Assembly (NCBI GenBank): GCA_013265495.1
Contig: PNXW01004556.1
Location: 1-64,000 of the forward strand
Source of the DNA: Vicugna vicugna
Taxonomy: Eukaryota
Direction: 5' to 3'
DNA length: 64,000 bases
Below, piece after piece: positions 37,345 through 50,490 of the stretch. Within the stretch, counting starts at the first letter, position 1. Every line of letters begins with the position of its first letter. The notes below the pieces were generated by a model that saw only the letters and a list, made by a program, of their open reading frames with translations, did no database searches and had not been told where the DNA came from. The translations under genes and the position numbers were made by a program.

Positions 37345-39213
37345 TTTTAACAGATAATCTTTGAACCATCTCAAAACATAAAAGCAACATGATTTTCCTG
37401 ATTATAAAATTCAATCTCGTTCATGAAGAAACTAAACACAGAAATAGAAATCAACCATTACTTCACCATGCAAAAATAACACCTGTTAACATTTGAATTT
37501 CTCTTTTATGACTATTAAACTACATAACTGAGGTCAGGGTCTATAGAATTCTGTAGCTTACTTTTTTCTATTGATATTATTGGAAAACCTTAATAATAAT
37601 TGTAATTAATAATTTTATTTAATAATAATTTTATTATTAAAAAGTCTTTAATAATGTAATTGCAGTGGCTTCCTGTTATTCCATTATATGAATGTGCCAT
37701 TATTACTTTAACCATCCCCCTACTGCTGGGAATTTAGATGCTTTTTTAGATTTTTTTGCCATTATGATTAATGTGCTAATAAACATTTCTGTATAATAAT
37801 TTTGTTTTCCTTTGTTGATTATTTCCTTAGGGTAGATTCCCAGAAGTAAAATTACTGGGTCAAATGAAATGAAATTTTAAAAGACTTTTCCTCCTAATTT
37901 TAAAGTATTATAAACTCTGGGCAGAGCAAGGAACACGTCTGTTCTGCTTTGTTTACTTTATCTCCTCAGAACAAAGCAGAGTGCTGGGCATTTAACTGTC
38001 ACTGCATGTTTACTGATTAAATGAATGAGTGAATAAATCTTCTTCTTCTAGAAGAACATTTAGAAAATGTTAAAATTGTAAAAAAAAAAAAAAGTAAAAG
38101 TCTAAAATTCCACTTCTGACAGGTAGCCAGTTAAAAGTCTAGAATGCTAGCTTGTATTTTTTCTTTGTTATTTATGCCACATACAGTCATTCACACCTTT
38201 TAGGATAAATTTTGGATCATAATAAAAGCAGTTTCATTACCTTTTTTGTTTTGTTCTTAGCATCATATCATGGCCATTTTCCATATTTCCTTATTTTGAA
38301 ATAGTTTCAAAAACAGTATTTTTAATGGATGCATTATATTGCATGGTTATAATAATTTATTTAATCATTTCTTTATTTTTAGATGTGCATTATTTCCATT
38401 TTTAATGATTACAAGTAACTTTGCAATTAATTTCCTTGACATAAATCTTTGAGAGCATCCCTTCTTCTTTTCTTAGGTTAAAACTCTTAAAGTTGAATCC
38501 CTGGATTAAACTGTCTCGCTAAACTTTACCAAATTTCATTGTGGAACCAAAATGTAAGCAGAGAAAACTTCAGCTGCAGATTGGAGAACTAATTTCAATC
38601 CTTCCTGTAAACTTTCCATAGAATTAGGAGACAGACAGACAGACAGAGACCCCATTCAGAAGGAATATTTATTTACTGAAGGCACTGATTACCTAGGAAA
38701 AAAAAAACTTGATAAGTATACTTAGTATATTAAATAATATCAGATTTTTCTCTAATTAAACTCCAACAAACATCAGGGATTTTACTTTTTCAATCTCTGT
38801 AATTTCTCCCACTTAAAGTAAAAATTTAAAATTTCTTCCAACGGTGAAAACTAAAAGATGTGTATGATGTTTCATGAAATTAGCAGCTGGAGGACACTGA
38901 GAATTGACACCTTTATTTTTCAGGAGCCAGTAATGATAACTAGTTCTAGTTTTGTGGAGCAGCATCTAAGACAGGAGGTGCAGGGACCAATCCCTTAGCC
39001 CCACAGGAAGGGTTATTCAGGGAAAAGGTAGTCTGACTTGGAACCAAGCACACAGCAACAGGGGGCTCAGAAAAAAGACTGATCTGGTAATACTGCTTCT
39101 CTGACTGTGAGGGGCAGTAATAAATTCAATGAGATGAAAGGTGAAAGTTGCTCACCACTCAGATTAGTTCTGCATATGTTATTGCTTTTTTGGTTTGTTT
39201 TGAATTTAAAAAC

Positions 39214-42200
39214 ATTTTTTAAATTGAAGTATAGTTGATTTACAACTTTGTGCTAGTTTCAAATGTACAGAAAAGTGATGCAATTCTATATATGTATATG
39301 TATACATATAATTCCTTTTCAGATTCTTTTCTACGGTAGGTTATTACAAGGTATCGAATAGAGTTTCCTATGCTGTACAGTAGATCCTTGTTATTTATCT
39401 GTATGATATATAGTAGTGTGTATATGTTAATCCCAAACCCCTAATTTATCCCCCACTTCCCCTTTGGTAATCGTATATTGTGTTCTATGTCTGTAATTCT
39501 ATTTCTGGCTTGTAAATTAGTTCATTTGTATCACTTAAAAATTTTTCTGTTTTTTTTTTATTCCACATGTGAGTGATATCATGATATTTGTCTTTCCTTA
39601 TCTGACTTACATCACTTAGTATGATAATCTTTAGATCCATCCATGTTCCTGCAAATGGCATTGTTTTTACTTTTTCTTTGTTGTAGCTGAGTAATTTCTA
39701 ATTTACATATATCCAGTCATCTGTCAATGGACATTTAGGTTGCTTCTGTGTCTTGGCTATTGTAAATAGCGCTGCTATGAATATTGGGGTGCATGTATCT
39801 TAGAATTTTCTCTGGATATATGCCCAGAAGTGAGATTGCTTGATCATATGGTAGCTCTATTTTTAGTTTTTTAAAGAACCTTCATACTGTTCTCCATAGT
39901 GGCTGCATCAATTTACATTCCCACCAACAGTGTAGGAAGGTTCCCTTTTCTCCACAACCTGTCCAGAATTTATTACTGGTAGACTGTATAATGATGGCCA
40001 TTCTGAATGAGGTGATAGATACCTCACTGTGGTTTTCATTTGCATTTCCCTAATAATTAGTAACGTTGAGCACCTTTTCACATGCTTATTGATCATCTGT
40101 ATATCTTCTTTAGAGAAATGTCTATATAGATCTTCTGCCCATTTTTTAATTGGGTTGCTGCTTGATATTAAGCTATATGAGTTGTTTGTGTATTTTGGAA
40201 ATTAATCCCTTGTCGGTCACATGATTTGCAAATATTTTCTTTCATTTCATTTTTAGGTTTTCTTTTCATTTTGTTTATGGTTTTCTTCACTGTGCAAAAG
40301 CTTATAAGTTTTATTAAGTCCTATTTGTATAGTTTTGCTTTTATTTTGATTATTCTAAGAGACAGATGCAAAAAAATATTGCTGTGAGTTATGTCTCTAG
40401 GAGTTTTAGAGCATCCAGTCTTACCTTTAGGTCCTTAGTCCCTTTTGAGTTCATTTTTGTATATGAAGTTAGAGAATGTTCTAATTTCATTCTTTTACGT
40501 GTATCTGTCCAGTTTTCTCAGCCAAGCTCATTTAAGAGACTGTTTTTTCTCTATTGTATATTCTTGCTCTTTTGCTGTAGATTAATTGACCATAAGTGTG
40601 TGGGTTTATTTCTGGTCTTTCAAACCTGTTCCATTGAGCTATGTGTCTGTTTTTGTGCCAGTACCATACTGTTTTGATTACTGTAGCTTTGTAGTATAGT
40701 CAAGTCAGGGCATATGATTCCTCCAGTTCTGTTCCTCTTTCTCAAGATTGTTTCAGCTATTCAGGGCCTTCTGTGTTTCCACATAAATTTTACAACTTTT
40801 TTTTACAGTTCTGTGAAAAAGGGTCATTGGTAATTTCATAGAGATTGCATTGAATCTGTATATTGCCTTGGGTAGTATGGCCATTTTAACAATGTTAGTT
40901 CTTCCAATGCAGGAACACAGTTTATCTTTCCATCTGTTTGTGTCATCTTCAATTTCTCTCATGAGCATCTTATAATTCTTGGAGTACAGATCTTTTGCCT
41001 CCTTAGATAGATTTATTCCTAGGTATTTTATTATTTTCAGTGCAATGGTAAATAGGACTGTTTTCTTCATTTCTTTTTTTCTGATATTTTGTTGTTAGTG
41101 TATAGAAATGCAACTGATTTCTGTATATTAATTTTTTATCCTGCAACTTTACTAAATTCATTGATGAGCTTTAGTAGTTTTCTCGTAGTATCTTTAGGAT
41201 TTTCTATGTATAGTATCATGTCATCTACAAAAAGTGACTTCTTAACTTCTTTTCCAATTTGGATTCCATTTACTTCTTTTTCTTCTCTGATTGCTGTGGC
41301 TAGGACTTCCAAAATTATGTCAAATAAGAGTGGTGAGGGTGGGCATCTTTGTCTTTTTCCTGATCTTAGAGAAAATACTTCTAGCTTTTTAGAACTGAGT
41401 ATGATGTTAGCTGTGGGTGTGTCATATATAGCCTTTATTATGTTCAGGTATGTTCCCTTTTTGCCCACTTTCTGAAGAGTTTTTATCATAAATGGATCTT
41501 GAATTTTATCAAAAGCTTTTTCTGTATCAATTGAGATGATCATATGGTTTTTACTTTTCAATTTGTTAATGTGGTGTATATCACATTGATTGATTTGTGG
41601 ATACTGAAAAATACTTGCATCTCTGGAATAAATTCCACTTGATCATGGTGTATGATCTTTTTAATGTATTGTTGGAGTTGATGTGCTAGTATTTTGTTGA
41701 GGATTTTTGCATCTGTAGTTATACGTGTTACTGGCCTTTAATTTTCTTTTTGGTGATAGCTTTGTCTGGTTTTGGTATGAGGGTGATGGTGGCCTCATAG
41801 AAAGAGTTCAGAAGTATTCCTTCCTCTGCAATTTTTTGAAATATTTTCAGAAAGATAGATTTTCACTCTTCTCTAAATGTTCAGTAGAATTCACCTGTGA
41901 AGCCACCTGGTCCTGGACTTTTGTTTGTTGGGAGTTTTAAAATTATTGATTCAATTTCAGTGCTGGTAATGGTCTATTCATATTTTCTATTTCTTCCTGA
42001 TTCAGTCTTGGCAAATTGTACATTTCTAAGAAATTTTCCATCTCTTCTAGGTTGTCCTTTTTGTTGGCATATAGTTGCTCATAGTAACCTCTTATGATCC
42101 CTTGAATTTCTGTGATGCAAGTTATGGTTTCTCCTTTTTCATTTCTGATTTTATTAATTTGGGCTCTCTTCCTTTTTTCCAGTTGAGTCTGACTAAAGGT

Positions 42201-43636
42201 TTATCAGCTTTGTTTATCTTTGCAAAGAACTAGATTTTGGTTTCATTGATCTTTTCTATTTTTTTTTTTTTAGTCTCTCATTTATTTCTGCTCAGATTTT
42301 TATTATTTCTTTTCTTCTACTAACTTTGGGTTTTGTTTGCTCTTCTTTGTTTATCTGCTTTGGGTGTAAGGTTACGTTGTTTATTTGAGATTTTTCTTGT
42401 TTCCTGAGGTAGGCTTGTATCACTGTATGCTTCCCTCTTAGAACTGCCTCTGCTGCATCCCAAAGGTTTTGGATCATTGTGTTTTCATTTTCATTTGTCT
42501 CAAAGTATTTTTTGATTTCCTTTTTAATTTCTCAAGTGATCCGTTTGTTGTTTAGTAGCTTATTGTTTAGCCTCCATGTTTGCAGTGTTTGCCTTTTCCT
42601 TCTTGTAGTTAATTTCTAACCTCATAGCATTGTTGTTGGAAAGATGCTTTGTACAATGTCAATTTTCTTAAATTTATTGAAGCTTGCTTTGTGGATTAGC
42701 ATGTGAGATTCTGGAGACTCTTCCATGCACCTTTGAGAATAATGTGCCTTCTTTTGCTTTCGGATGGAATGCTCTATAGATATTAATTAAGTCCATCTGG
42801 TCTAATGTGTCATTTAGGGCTTGTATTTCTTCACTGATGTTCTGCCTAGATGATCTGTCCATTGATGTAACTGGGGTGTTAAGGTCCCCCAGTATTATTG
42901 TGTTATTGTCAATTTCCCCTTTTATGTCTGTTAACAATTGCCTTAAATGTTGAGGTGTTCCTGTGTTAGGTGCATATATATTTACAGTTGTTATGTCTTC
43001 TTGGGTTGATCCCTTGAGCATTATACAGTGTCCTTCTTTGTTTCTTGTAAAGGTCTTTATTTTAAGATCAATTTTGTCTGATACAAGTATTGCTATTCCA
43101 GCCTTCTTTTGGTTTCCATTTACATGGAATACTTTTTCCACCCTCTCACTTACAGCCTGCATGTGTTGCTAACTCTGAAGTGGGCCTCTTTTAAACAGCA
43201 TATATATGGGTCTTGTTTTTGTACTCATTCTATGTTTTTTGGTTGGAGCATTTAATCTATTTACATTTAAGGTAATTATTGATATGTATGTTCTTACTGT
43301 CACTTTGTTCATTGTTTGGGGTTTGTTTTTGTAGGCCTTTCTTCTATTTGTTGTCTTTTCTTGTGGTTTAATGACTAGATTAGTTCCTTTAACATTTATT
43401 TTAAGGCTGGTTCGATGGTGCTAAATTCTTTAACTTTTGTTTACCTGTGAAGCTTTCGATTTCTCCATCAAATAGAATGAGAGCCTTTCTGGATAAAGTA
43501 TTCTTGGTTGTAGGTTTTTCCCTTTCATCAATTCAAATACATCATGCTACTCCCTTCCAGCCTGTAGAGTTTCTGCTGAAACATTAGCTGATAATCTTAT
43601 GTGAGTTCCCTTGTATGTTATTTGTTGCTTTTCTCT
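39214..43636 (-). mobile_element. LINE-1, ~4.4 kb: ORF1 C-terminal remnant, ORF2 remnants and 3'UTR
   Basis: Minus ORFs [66 protein letters not shown] and KAIYRFNAI. Confidence 0.96.
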
Positions 43637-44049
43637 TGCACATCCCAACTGTTAGTGGAGCCTCAGTAGTAGAAGTTCACTACAGACTGTGGGGTAAATA
43701 AGATAGACTGAAAATTATTAGAAATTTTCACTGTGAGTTTCCTCTTTATTTCTTACTTAGGAAAGCAAGTGAGTGACATGATCATAGGTATTATGTTGAA
43801 TCCACTTTTATTTATTTTTAATAATCTTAATGTTTAATATATGAGGAATAATAAATTATTTAGACAGTTAAGAACCAACAGGTTGAAGAATTTTGCTTTT
43901 TATTATTATTATTTTCCCCTTATTGTACTTGCTCAGGTTGTATTTCTATATTTTTATTAAAAAATTATTTCCTAGGTGTTTTAAAAGGAATTTAGGAAAG
44001 AAGTATTTCAAAATGACCCCACAATCTTTTATCTAACTATAAATTTATA

Positions 44050-44959
44050 TTTGTTTTGTTTTGTTTAATTGAACTATGATTTATAATATTGCTTTCGTAT
44101 CAGATGTACAACATTGTGATTCTATGTTTTTATAGATTATACTCCATTTAAATTTGTTATAAACTAGCTGTATTCCCTGTGCTGTACTATATATACTTGT
44201 AGCTTATTCATTTTATACATAGTAGTTTTACCTCTTAGGTCCCTACTCCTTTTCCCCCTTCCGTCTCCCCGTTGGTAACCACTAGCTTGTTCCTTATATC
44301 AGTAAGTCTGTTTCTGTTTTGTCGTACTCATTCATTTGTTTCATTTCTTAAATTCCACATATAAGTAATCATGTACGTTATTGATCTTTCTCTGTCTGAC
44401 TGTAATACCCTCAAGGTCCATCTATGTTGTTGCAAATGGCAAAATATTATTCTTTTTATATTCTGTTCTGTATATATACCACATCTTCTTTATTCATTCA
44501 CTTGTTGATGGATACTTAGGTTGCTTTCATATTTGGCTATTATTTTAAAAAGCTGCTATGAACATTGGGATGCATGTAGTTTTTCAAGTTAGTGTTTTCA
44601 TTTTCTTTATATGTATACCCAGAAGTGAATTAAAGCAGGTTATTTTTTCTCCACAACCTTGTCAATATTTGTTATTTGTGTTCTTTTTGATAATAGCCAT
44701 TCTGATGGGTGTGAGGTGATATTATGGTATTGATTTGTATTTCTCTGATGGTTAGTGACATTGAGCATCATATCATGGTCCTGTTGGCTACCTGTATGTC
44801 TTCTTTGGAAAAAAATGTCTGTTCAGGTCATCTGCCCATTTTTTGATTGGATTGTATGTTGTTTTGATATTGAGTTGTATGAAGTGTTTATATATTTTGG
44901 ATATTAACTTCTTGTCAGTCATATCATTTGCAAATATTTCTCCCATTCAGTAGGTTGTA
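44050..44959 (-). mobile_element. LINE-1 3' fragment
   Basis: T-rich tail followed by L1MA-type 3'UTR (tggtaaccactag, tgttgttgcaaatggcaaaat) to ttgcaaatatttctcccattcagtaggttg. Confidence 0.88.
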
Positions 44960-44964
44960 GAAGC

Positions 44965-47900
44965 AGACTTTTTAAAATAGGGAGGCCTGAGAAGGCCTTT
45001 CTGAGGAGGTAACATTTGAACAAAGACCAGAATATTGTGATGAAGTCTGCATGTGTTGTTCTTGGGCAGGGACTTTCTAGGTAGAAGGGACAGCTAAAAT
45101 AAAAGGCCCCGAGGCAGGAATTGTTTGGAAATAAAACTTGGGTGTGGCTGTACTGCAGAGAATCAGAGGGAGAATGAGGTTAGGGAAGAAGGCCATGCAT
45201 ATCACATGTTATTAGTCAGGGTAGGGTATGCTATCCTACAGTAACAAGCACATACTCAAATCTCAATGGCTTAATGCACAGAAGTTTATTCATCAGTCAC
45301 TGTAAGTCTAACTTCTCTTCTGGGGAGCTCCCTGAAAACATTATTTATTGCAGGCTTTTTCCATTTGTGGCTCAGCCATTTCAACCTGAGCTCCTTGGTT
45401 GCTATATTAAGGGAAGAAAGAAGTGACAGTCACACAGGAGCTTTAAATTCCCCAGGCAAGAGGCAATACACATCACTTCTCTTCATAGTTCAGTAGCAAG
45501 AACTAGTCATATGGTCCTAGGGTCCCTAACCCTAACCCAACTGCCAGGACTCTGGAAAATGTGGGAGAGCAAATGAATGTTTAGTGACCATTAAGAGTTT
45601 TTTGCCACAGCAAGATAAATTTGTTGTCCATGTGTGATTATAAACAATTAGAATATAATGAGCAGGGTGGGGACATGATCTTATCTACACTTTTAAGAGA
45701 TCATCTGTCTGTTATGTGGAGAATAAACACTAGGTGACCTGTGGTGACCCCAGAGAGAGACCATGGTGGTTTAAACAAGGGTATAATGGTAGAGATGGAA
45801 AATGTTCAGATTTTGGATATGTTTTCAAAGTAAAGCAAATGATTTGCTGATGGAATAGATATATGATAGAAGATTTAAAAAGCAATTAAGAATCACTCCT
45901 ATACTTGAGGTTAAGCAACTGGGAGAATGGTAATTTCATTTACTAAGATGTGGCAGAATGGAGAATAAATAGGTTCAGGAGAATAAATCAGGAGTGATTT
46001 TGGCCCTGATAAGTTTCATATAGGTAGCAGATGGACATGTGGAGGTATTGAATGAACTAACAGTTGATTATTATTACTTTATTTAATTTATTTTTATTGA
46101 GGTATAGTTGATATATAACATTATATTCATTTCAAGTGTACAACATAATGATTCAATATTCATAGATATTGTGAAATGATCATGACAATAAGTCTAGTCA
46201 ACATCTGTCACCATACATAATCCCAAAAAATTTTTTCTTGAGATGAGGACTTTTAAGAGTTCCTCTCTTATTAACTTTCAAATACACAATACAGTATTAT
46301 TAACAATAGTCACCATGCTATATATTACATCACATCCCATGACTTACAACTGAAAGTTTGCACCTTTTGATCCCTTTTATCCATTTCACCCACCTACTCC
46401 CATGCCCACCTCTGGCAACACAAAACTGTTCTCTGTATCTATGAGCTTGTTGTTTTGTTTTTCTTTAAAATCCATATGTAAGTGACATCATATGATATTT
46501 ATCTTCCTCTGTCTGATTTGTTTCACTTAGCATAATGCCTCCAAGGCCCATCCATGTTGTTGCAAATGGAAAAGACTTCATGCTTTTTTATGGCCGAATA
46601 GTATTCCACTATGTATACATGCTACCTCTTTATTCATTCATTCATTGATGGACACAGATTATTTTCATATCTTGGCTATTGTAAATGATGTTGCAGTGAG
46701 CACGATGGTGTATATATCTTTTCAAATCAGTGTTTTTGTTTTCTTTGGATAAATACCCGGAAGTGGAATCACTGGATCATATTGCAGTTCTATTCTTAAT
46801 TTTTTAAGGAGTCTCGATAGTGATTTCAGTCGAGATTGCATCAGTTTACATTCTCACCAACAGTTCACAAGGGTTTCCTTTTCTCTACATCCTTTCCAAC
46901 ACTTGTTATTTCTTGTCTTTTTGTGGTTTTGATTTGCATTTCTCTGATGATTAGTGACATTGAGCATCTTTTCATGTACCTGTTGTCTATCTGTATGTCT
47001 TCTTTGGACTGACTTTTAAAAATAACCTGCATTTCAGGAAGGAGTGGTAAAGGCCAGAATACAAATGTGAGAGTCATTAGCATATACCTACAGCCATAAA
47101 GCTGTATGTTTCTAATACATAATTATTTCATAGGGGAAAGAGTGAAATAGAGAAGATTGCCACTGACTGAGCACCAAGGAACATCAAACTTAGAAGATCA
47201 AGAAGAGGAGTAAGAACTAGCAAATACAATCAAGAAGGAATAGTCAGTAAGTTAAGGTTTTCTGGAAGCTAAGGAAAACCTTTCAGGGAGGAGGAAGTAT
47301 CTACTGTGTCATAAGTTGCTGAGAGGTTAAGTCAGATGAGAACAAAGTCCTTTGCATTTGACAAGGTGAAATAATTACTACCCTTGATAAAAGTGTCTTC
47401 AGTACTTTGGAGAATAATATATGGGGAGTAGTGGAGTTACAAATGGGAAGAGGGAAAAGCATAGTAGGCAGAGGGATGTGAGGAGAAGGAAGGATTTTTT
47501 TTTAAGTTACAGCTTATTTGTATGGTGATAAGAATGGGGCAACTGAGAGAGAGATTCATGATGCTGATGAGAGGAGAATTTAAGAGCAAAGCGTTTGAAT
47601 GTGTAAATGGGGATGGGTCCAGGATTGGCTTTCAAAATGAAGTGAGACAATAAATCCAGTCTAGCTGGAGGAACAATGGAAAATGGGTAGAGATGACAGT
47701 AGACTGGTAGGTTTGTTGATAAAATTATATAGTTCATTTTTACTGGTTCCATGTTTTCGGTGAAATAAAAGTTAAGGTCACTGACTGAAACTGAGGAAAG
47801 ATGAGATGTTAGAGGTTGAGAAGAGAGGAAAAGTTGAAAAAGAGTTGTGTTGTGGAGGTGGAGAGTACCATGACTAGATAATACTTTAAGATTGTTAAGC

Positions 47901-48600
47901 AATATGGAAGGCTCACTTGAAGTTTGTGAACTGACAAGAAAACTTATAAGTCCAACATAATATGTGTTTTTCTACAATGTAAGCTTAGGAAGGCAGAGAA
48001 CTATGTATTAGCATTGGGGTTTTGTCAGATGAATGAAGTGGAGAGGGAGAGGAAAGTGGAGCTAATGTATCTACAAGGAATGATTACAGGGGTGCATCAT
48101 GGAATCTAAGCTGGATGAATAGAGGAGCAAGGATGGGCGATAGATAATGAAAAGTGGTAACATTGATGGACTGGAGATCCTGGTGAGTATTAAGAATTGC
48201 TGGATCTGGGGAACCAGAGGGTATGAGCTGAAAAGATGAGCTGACAGCCACAGAATAAGAGGCTTGAAGTAGGAATTTGAGAAATGATGTAGTTATTGGT
48301 GATGAAAATGTCCAGGTAATGATTCAAGTATGAGTGTGGAAGGCTAGAGGCAAGTGGAAGGAACCATTGCTGGAAGGGAGGAAGTTAAGGAAATGAGTCA
48401 TGTATGTGGGTATTGTATATTACCAAAAGTGAAGACAGGGATTTGCTGGGAAGGAAGACAGTGAGCCAGGGGCTAAAATCTCCTAAGGACAAAAGGAATG
48501 AGTAGTAGATGACTCAGGAAATGGCTGCAACAAGTGTAGCAAGTGGTATAACCTTATATCATGTGCTTCAAAGAAGCAGCAGATTAAAAAAGAAAGAATA
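44965..48600 (-). mobile_element. Long LINE-2 remnant interrupted by an MLT1 (~45208-45610) and an L1; boundaries approximate
   Basis: gaaggcctttctgaggaggtaacatttgaacaaagacc and further L2-antisense purine-rich blocks. Confidence 0.65.
46078..47010 (-). mobile_element. LINE-1 (L1MA-like) 3' fragment
   Basis: ttttattgaggtatagttgatatataaca...ccatgttgttgcaaatgga...; ORF remnant [29 protein letters not shown]. Confidence 0.88.
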
Positions 48601-49364
48601 AGGGTCTGGAAGCGGAGGTGAGGAGCCATAAGTACATGTGCCCCTGGTCCAGGCTTTATGGTTGGTGGGCTGTGGAGGAAAAATAGCTAATCACCTGAGA
48701 TAATTGCAGTTGTGGAATTAACATCCTGAAACAGTCACGTTTCAGGCAGTAGAAAGGTGAAGGGAGCCTCTGAAGAAAGGGATAAGGATTTTGTTGATGG
48801 TAGACTAATTGTTCCATGGAAGAGTCCATCAGATGAGTGAAATGCTTACAGCCATATTGGAGATAAAAGCCAAGGTGGTGTTGTTGACTGGAGATGCTCA
48901 GACCTCTGGTGGTGGTCAAATATACAGAGAAATAAGAAGCAATAGGGTTGTTCCTGGTGGTCATTATAAGGAAGGCCCATAAAATGTTCTTAATTAGAGC
49001 TTCCCCCTTGACACTGGACACCGAGACATCTCATTGTGTGGTAAGGTAGGAACAGGGTGGAGGTCTTATTCAGGATCCATGGGATTTCCTGAAATCCTGC
49101 TCTAGCAAGAACACTTTTCCCAAAGGCTCTTGGATCTCTAGAGGCTTTCTCCAGAGATTTTCCTGGAAAGTTCATGATCATGGGAGTAGAGCATTTATCA
49201 GAACTATGTCATGGGGGCATTGCTCAATGCCCTGAAGAAAATAGGTTCAGTAGGGTTTTGAAGGAAATGGAAGGAAATGAAATCCAGGGCACAGATGATA
49301 GTGCTGGAGAAAAGAGATTTCACCAGTTGAGTGGGGCAGCAGGAAGCTGAGAGGCATACATCTG

Positions 49365-50490
49365 ACCCGATGCCCTACTTCTTATGTCAAATGTTTTAAA
49401 CTGTCCCTTTTATTAATTTGAAATACAATTCATAGATATTATAATCTAACTGTACACACATTTTCAAGGAAGAAAACAATATAATATTCTGACTGTATTA
49501 TACAAAAGAAATATGGAAAAAAAGCAATCCATAATAAAATCCTGTGGGTTTAGTATGGAGATGCTCAGACTAGGCTTTTTCCTTTATTTAGAATAAAGAG
49601 AATGTGACAGCAACAGATTCAGGAAGGTGCAATAATGGGGTTTCTTTTTTTTATGGGGGGCTGCTACTCAAATACTATGAGTCATGCTGATTCAGTGACA
49701 TGATGTGCTGAAATAAGGATCAATTCTTGGTCATGAATAAAACAAACTACAACATTCCCTTATTTATAGAGTAGGTAGTTTCCTTTAAAATGCATGATAT
49801 TAAAAAAAAGTTCAAAAATACTTTTTATGTTGTAGGCAGAATAATGGTCTCCCAAAGGTGTCCTGGTCCCTAAACCCCAGAACCTGCAAACATGTTACCT
49901 TGCATGGCACAAGGCAGATATGACTCAGTTAAGGATCATGAGGTAGAGAGGCTGTCCTGGTGTATCTGGGTGAGCCCAGCGCAATCACAAAGGTCCTCAT
50001 AAATGAAAGTGGGAGGCAGAAGGGTCAAAGAGAGAAATCTCAAGACGCTATGTGTTCAGCTTTGAAAATGGAGGAAAAGGCCATGAGCCAAGTAATACAG
50101 ACCTCTAGAAGCTGGCAAAGGCAAGGGAGTAGATTCTTCCCTAGAGTCTGTGGAAAGAATAGGGCCCTGCTAGCACCTTGATTTTAACATAGAAAAACCC
50201 ATTTCAGACTTTTGACCTCTAAAGCTCTAAAAATAAACTTGTATTGTTTTGAGTAATAGTAAATTAATTCAGTTGATTTATATAAAAGTGAAAGCTAGAT
50301 TCTAGATTTGGGGTAGTTATAAGCAGATTTTTCACCTGCACAAGTTTCTGGAGGGACATTCGAAATCATTTGGAGTATGGGGGAGTATTTCTTTGGGCAT
50401 TACTGTGCCACTTACTGAAGAACATCCATCATTCCTGGTCCCCACATCTAAATGCCAGAGTCATTGTGACAACCAAAGCACACCTCTATG
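49365..50490 (-). mobile_element. MER20B-like hAT-Charlie remnant interrupted by an MLT1 LTR
   Basis: ccatcattcctggtccccacatctaaatgccagagtcattgtgacaaccaaa is the reverse complement of a MER20-type end; left boundary approximate. Confidence 0.5.
49829..50250 (+). mobile_element. MLT1D-like MaLR LTR
   Basis: tgtaggcagaataatggtctcccaaag...ccccagaacctg...tgttacctt...ctctagaagctggcaaaggcaaggg..gattcttccctagag...aataaacttgtattgtttt. Confidence 0.8.

Noticed and set aside
45518..45540. Telomere-like ccctaaccctaaccc
   Set aside because: Only ~2.5 units inside an old MLT1 remnant; chance or a micro-duplication.
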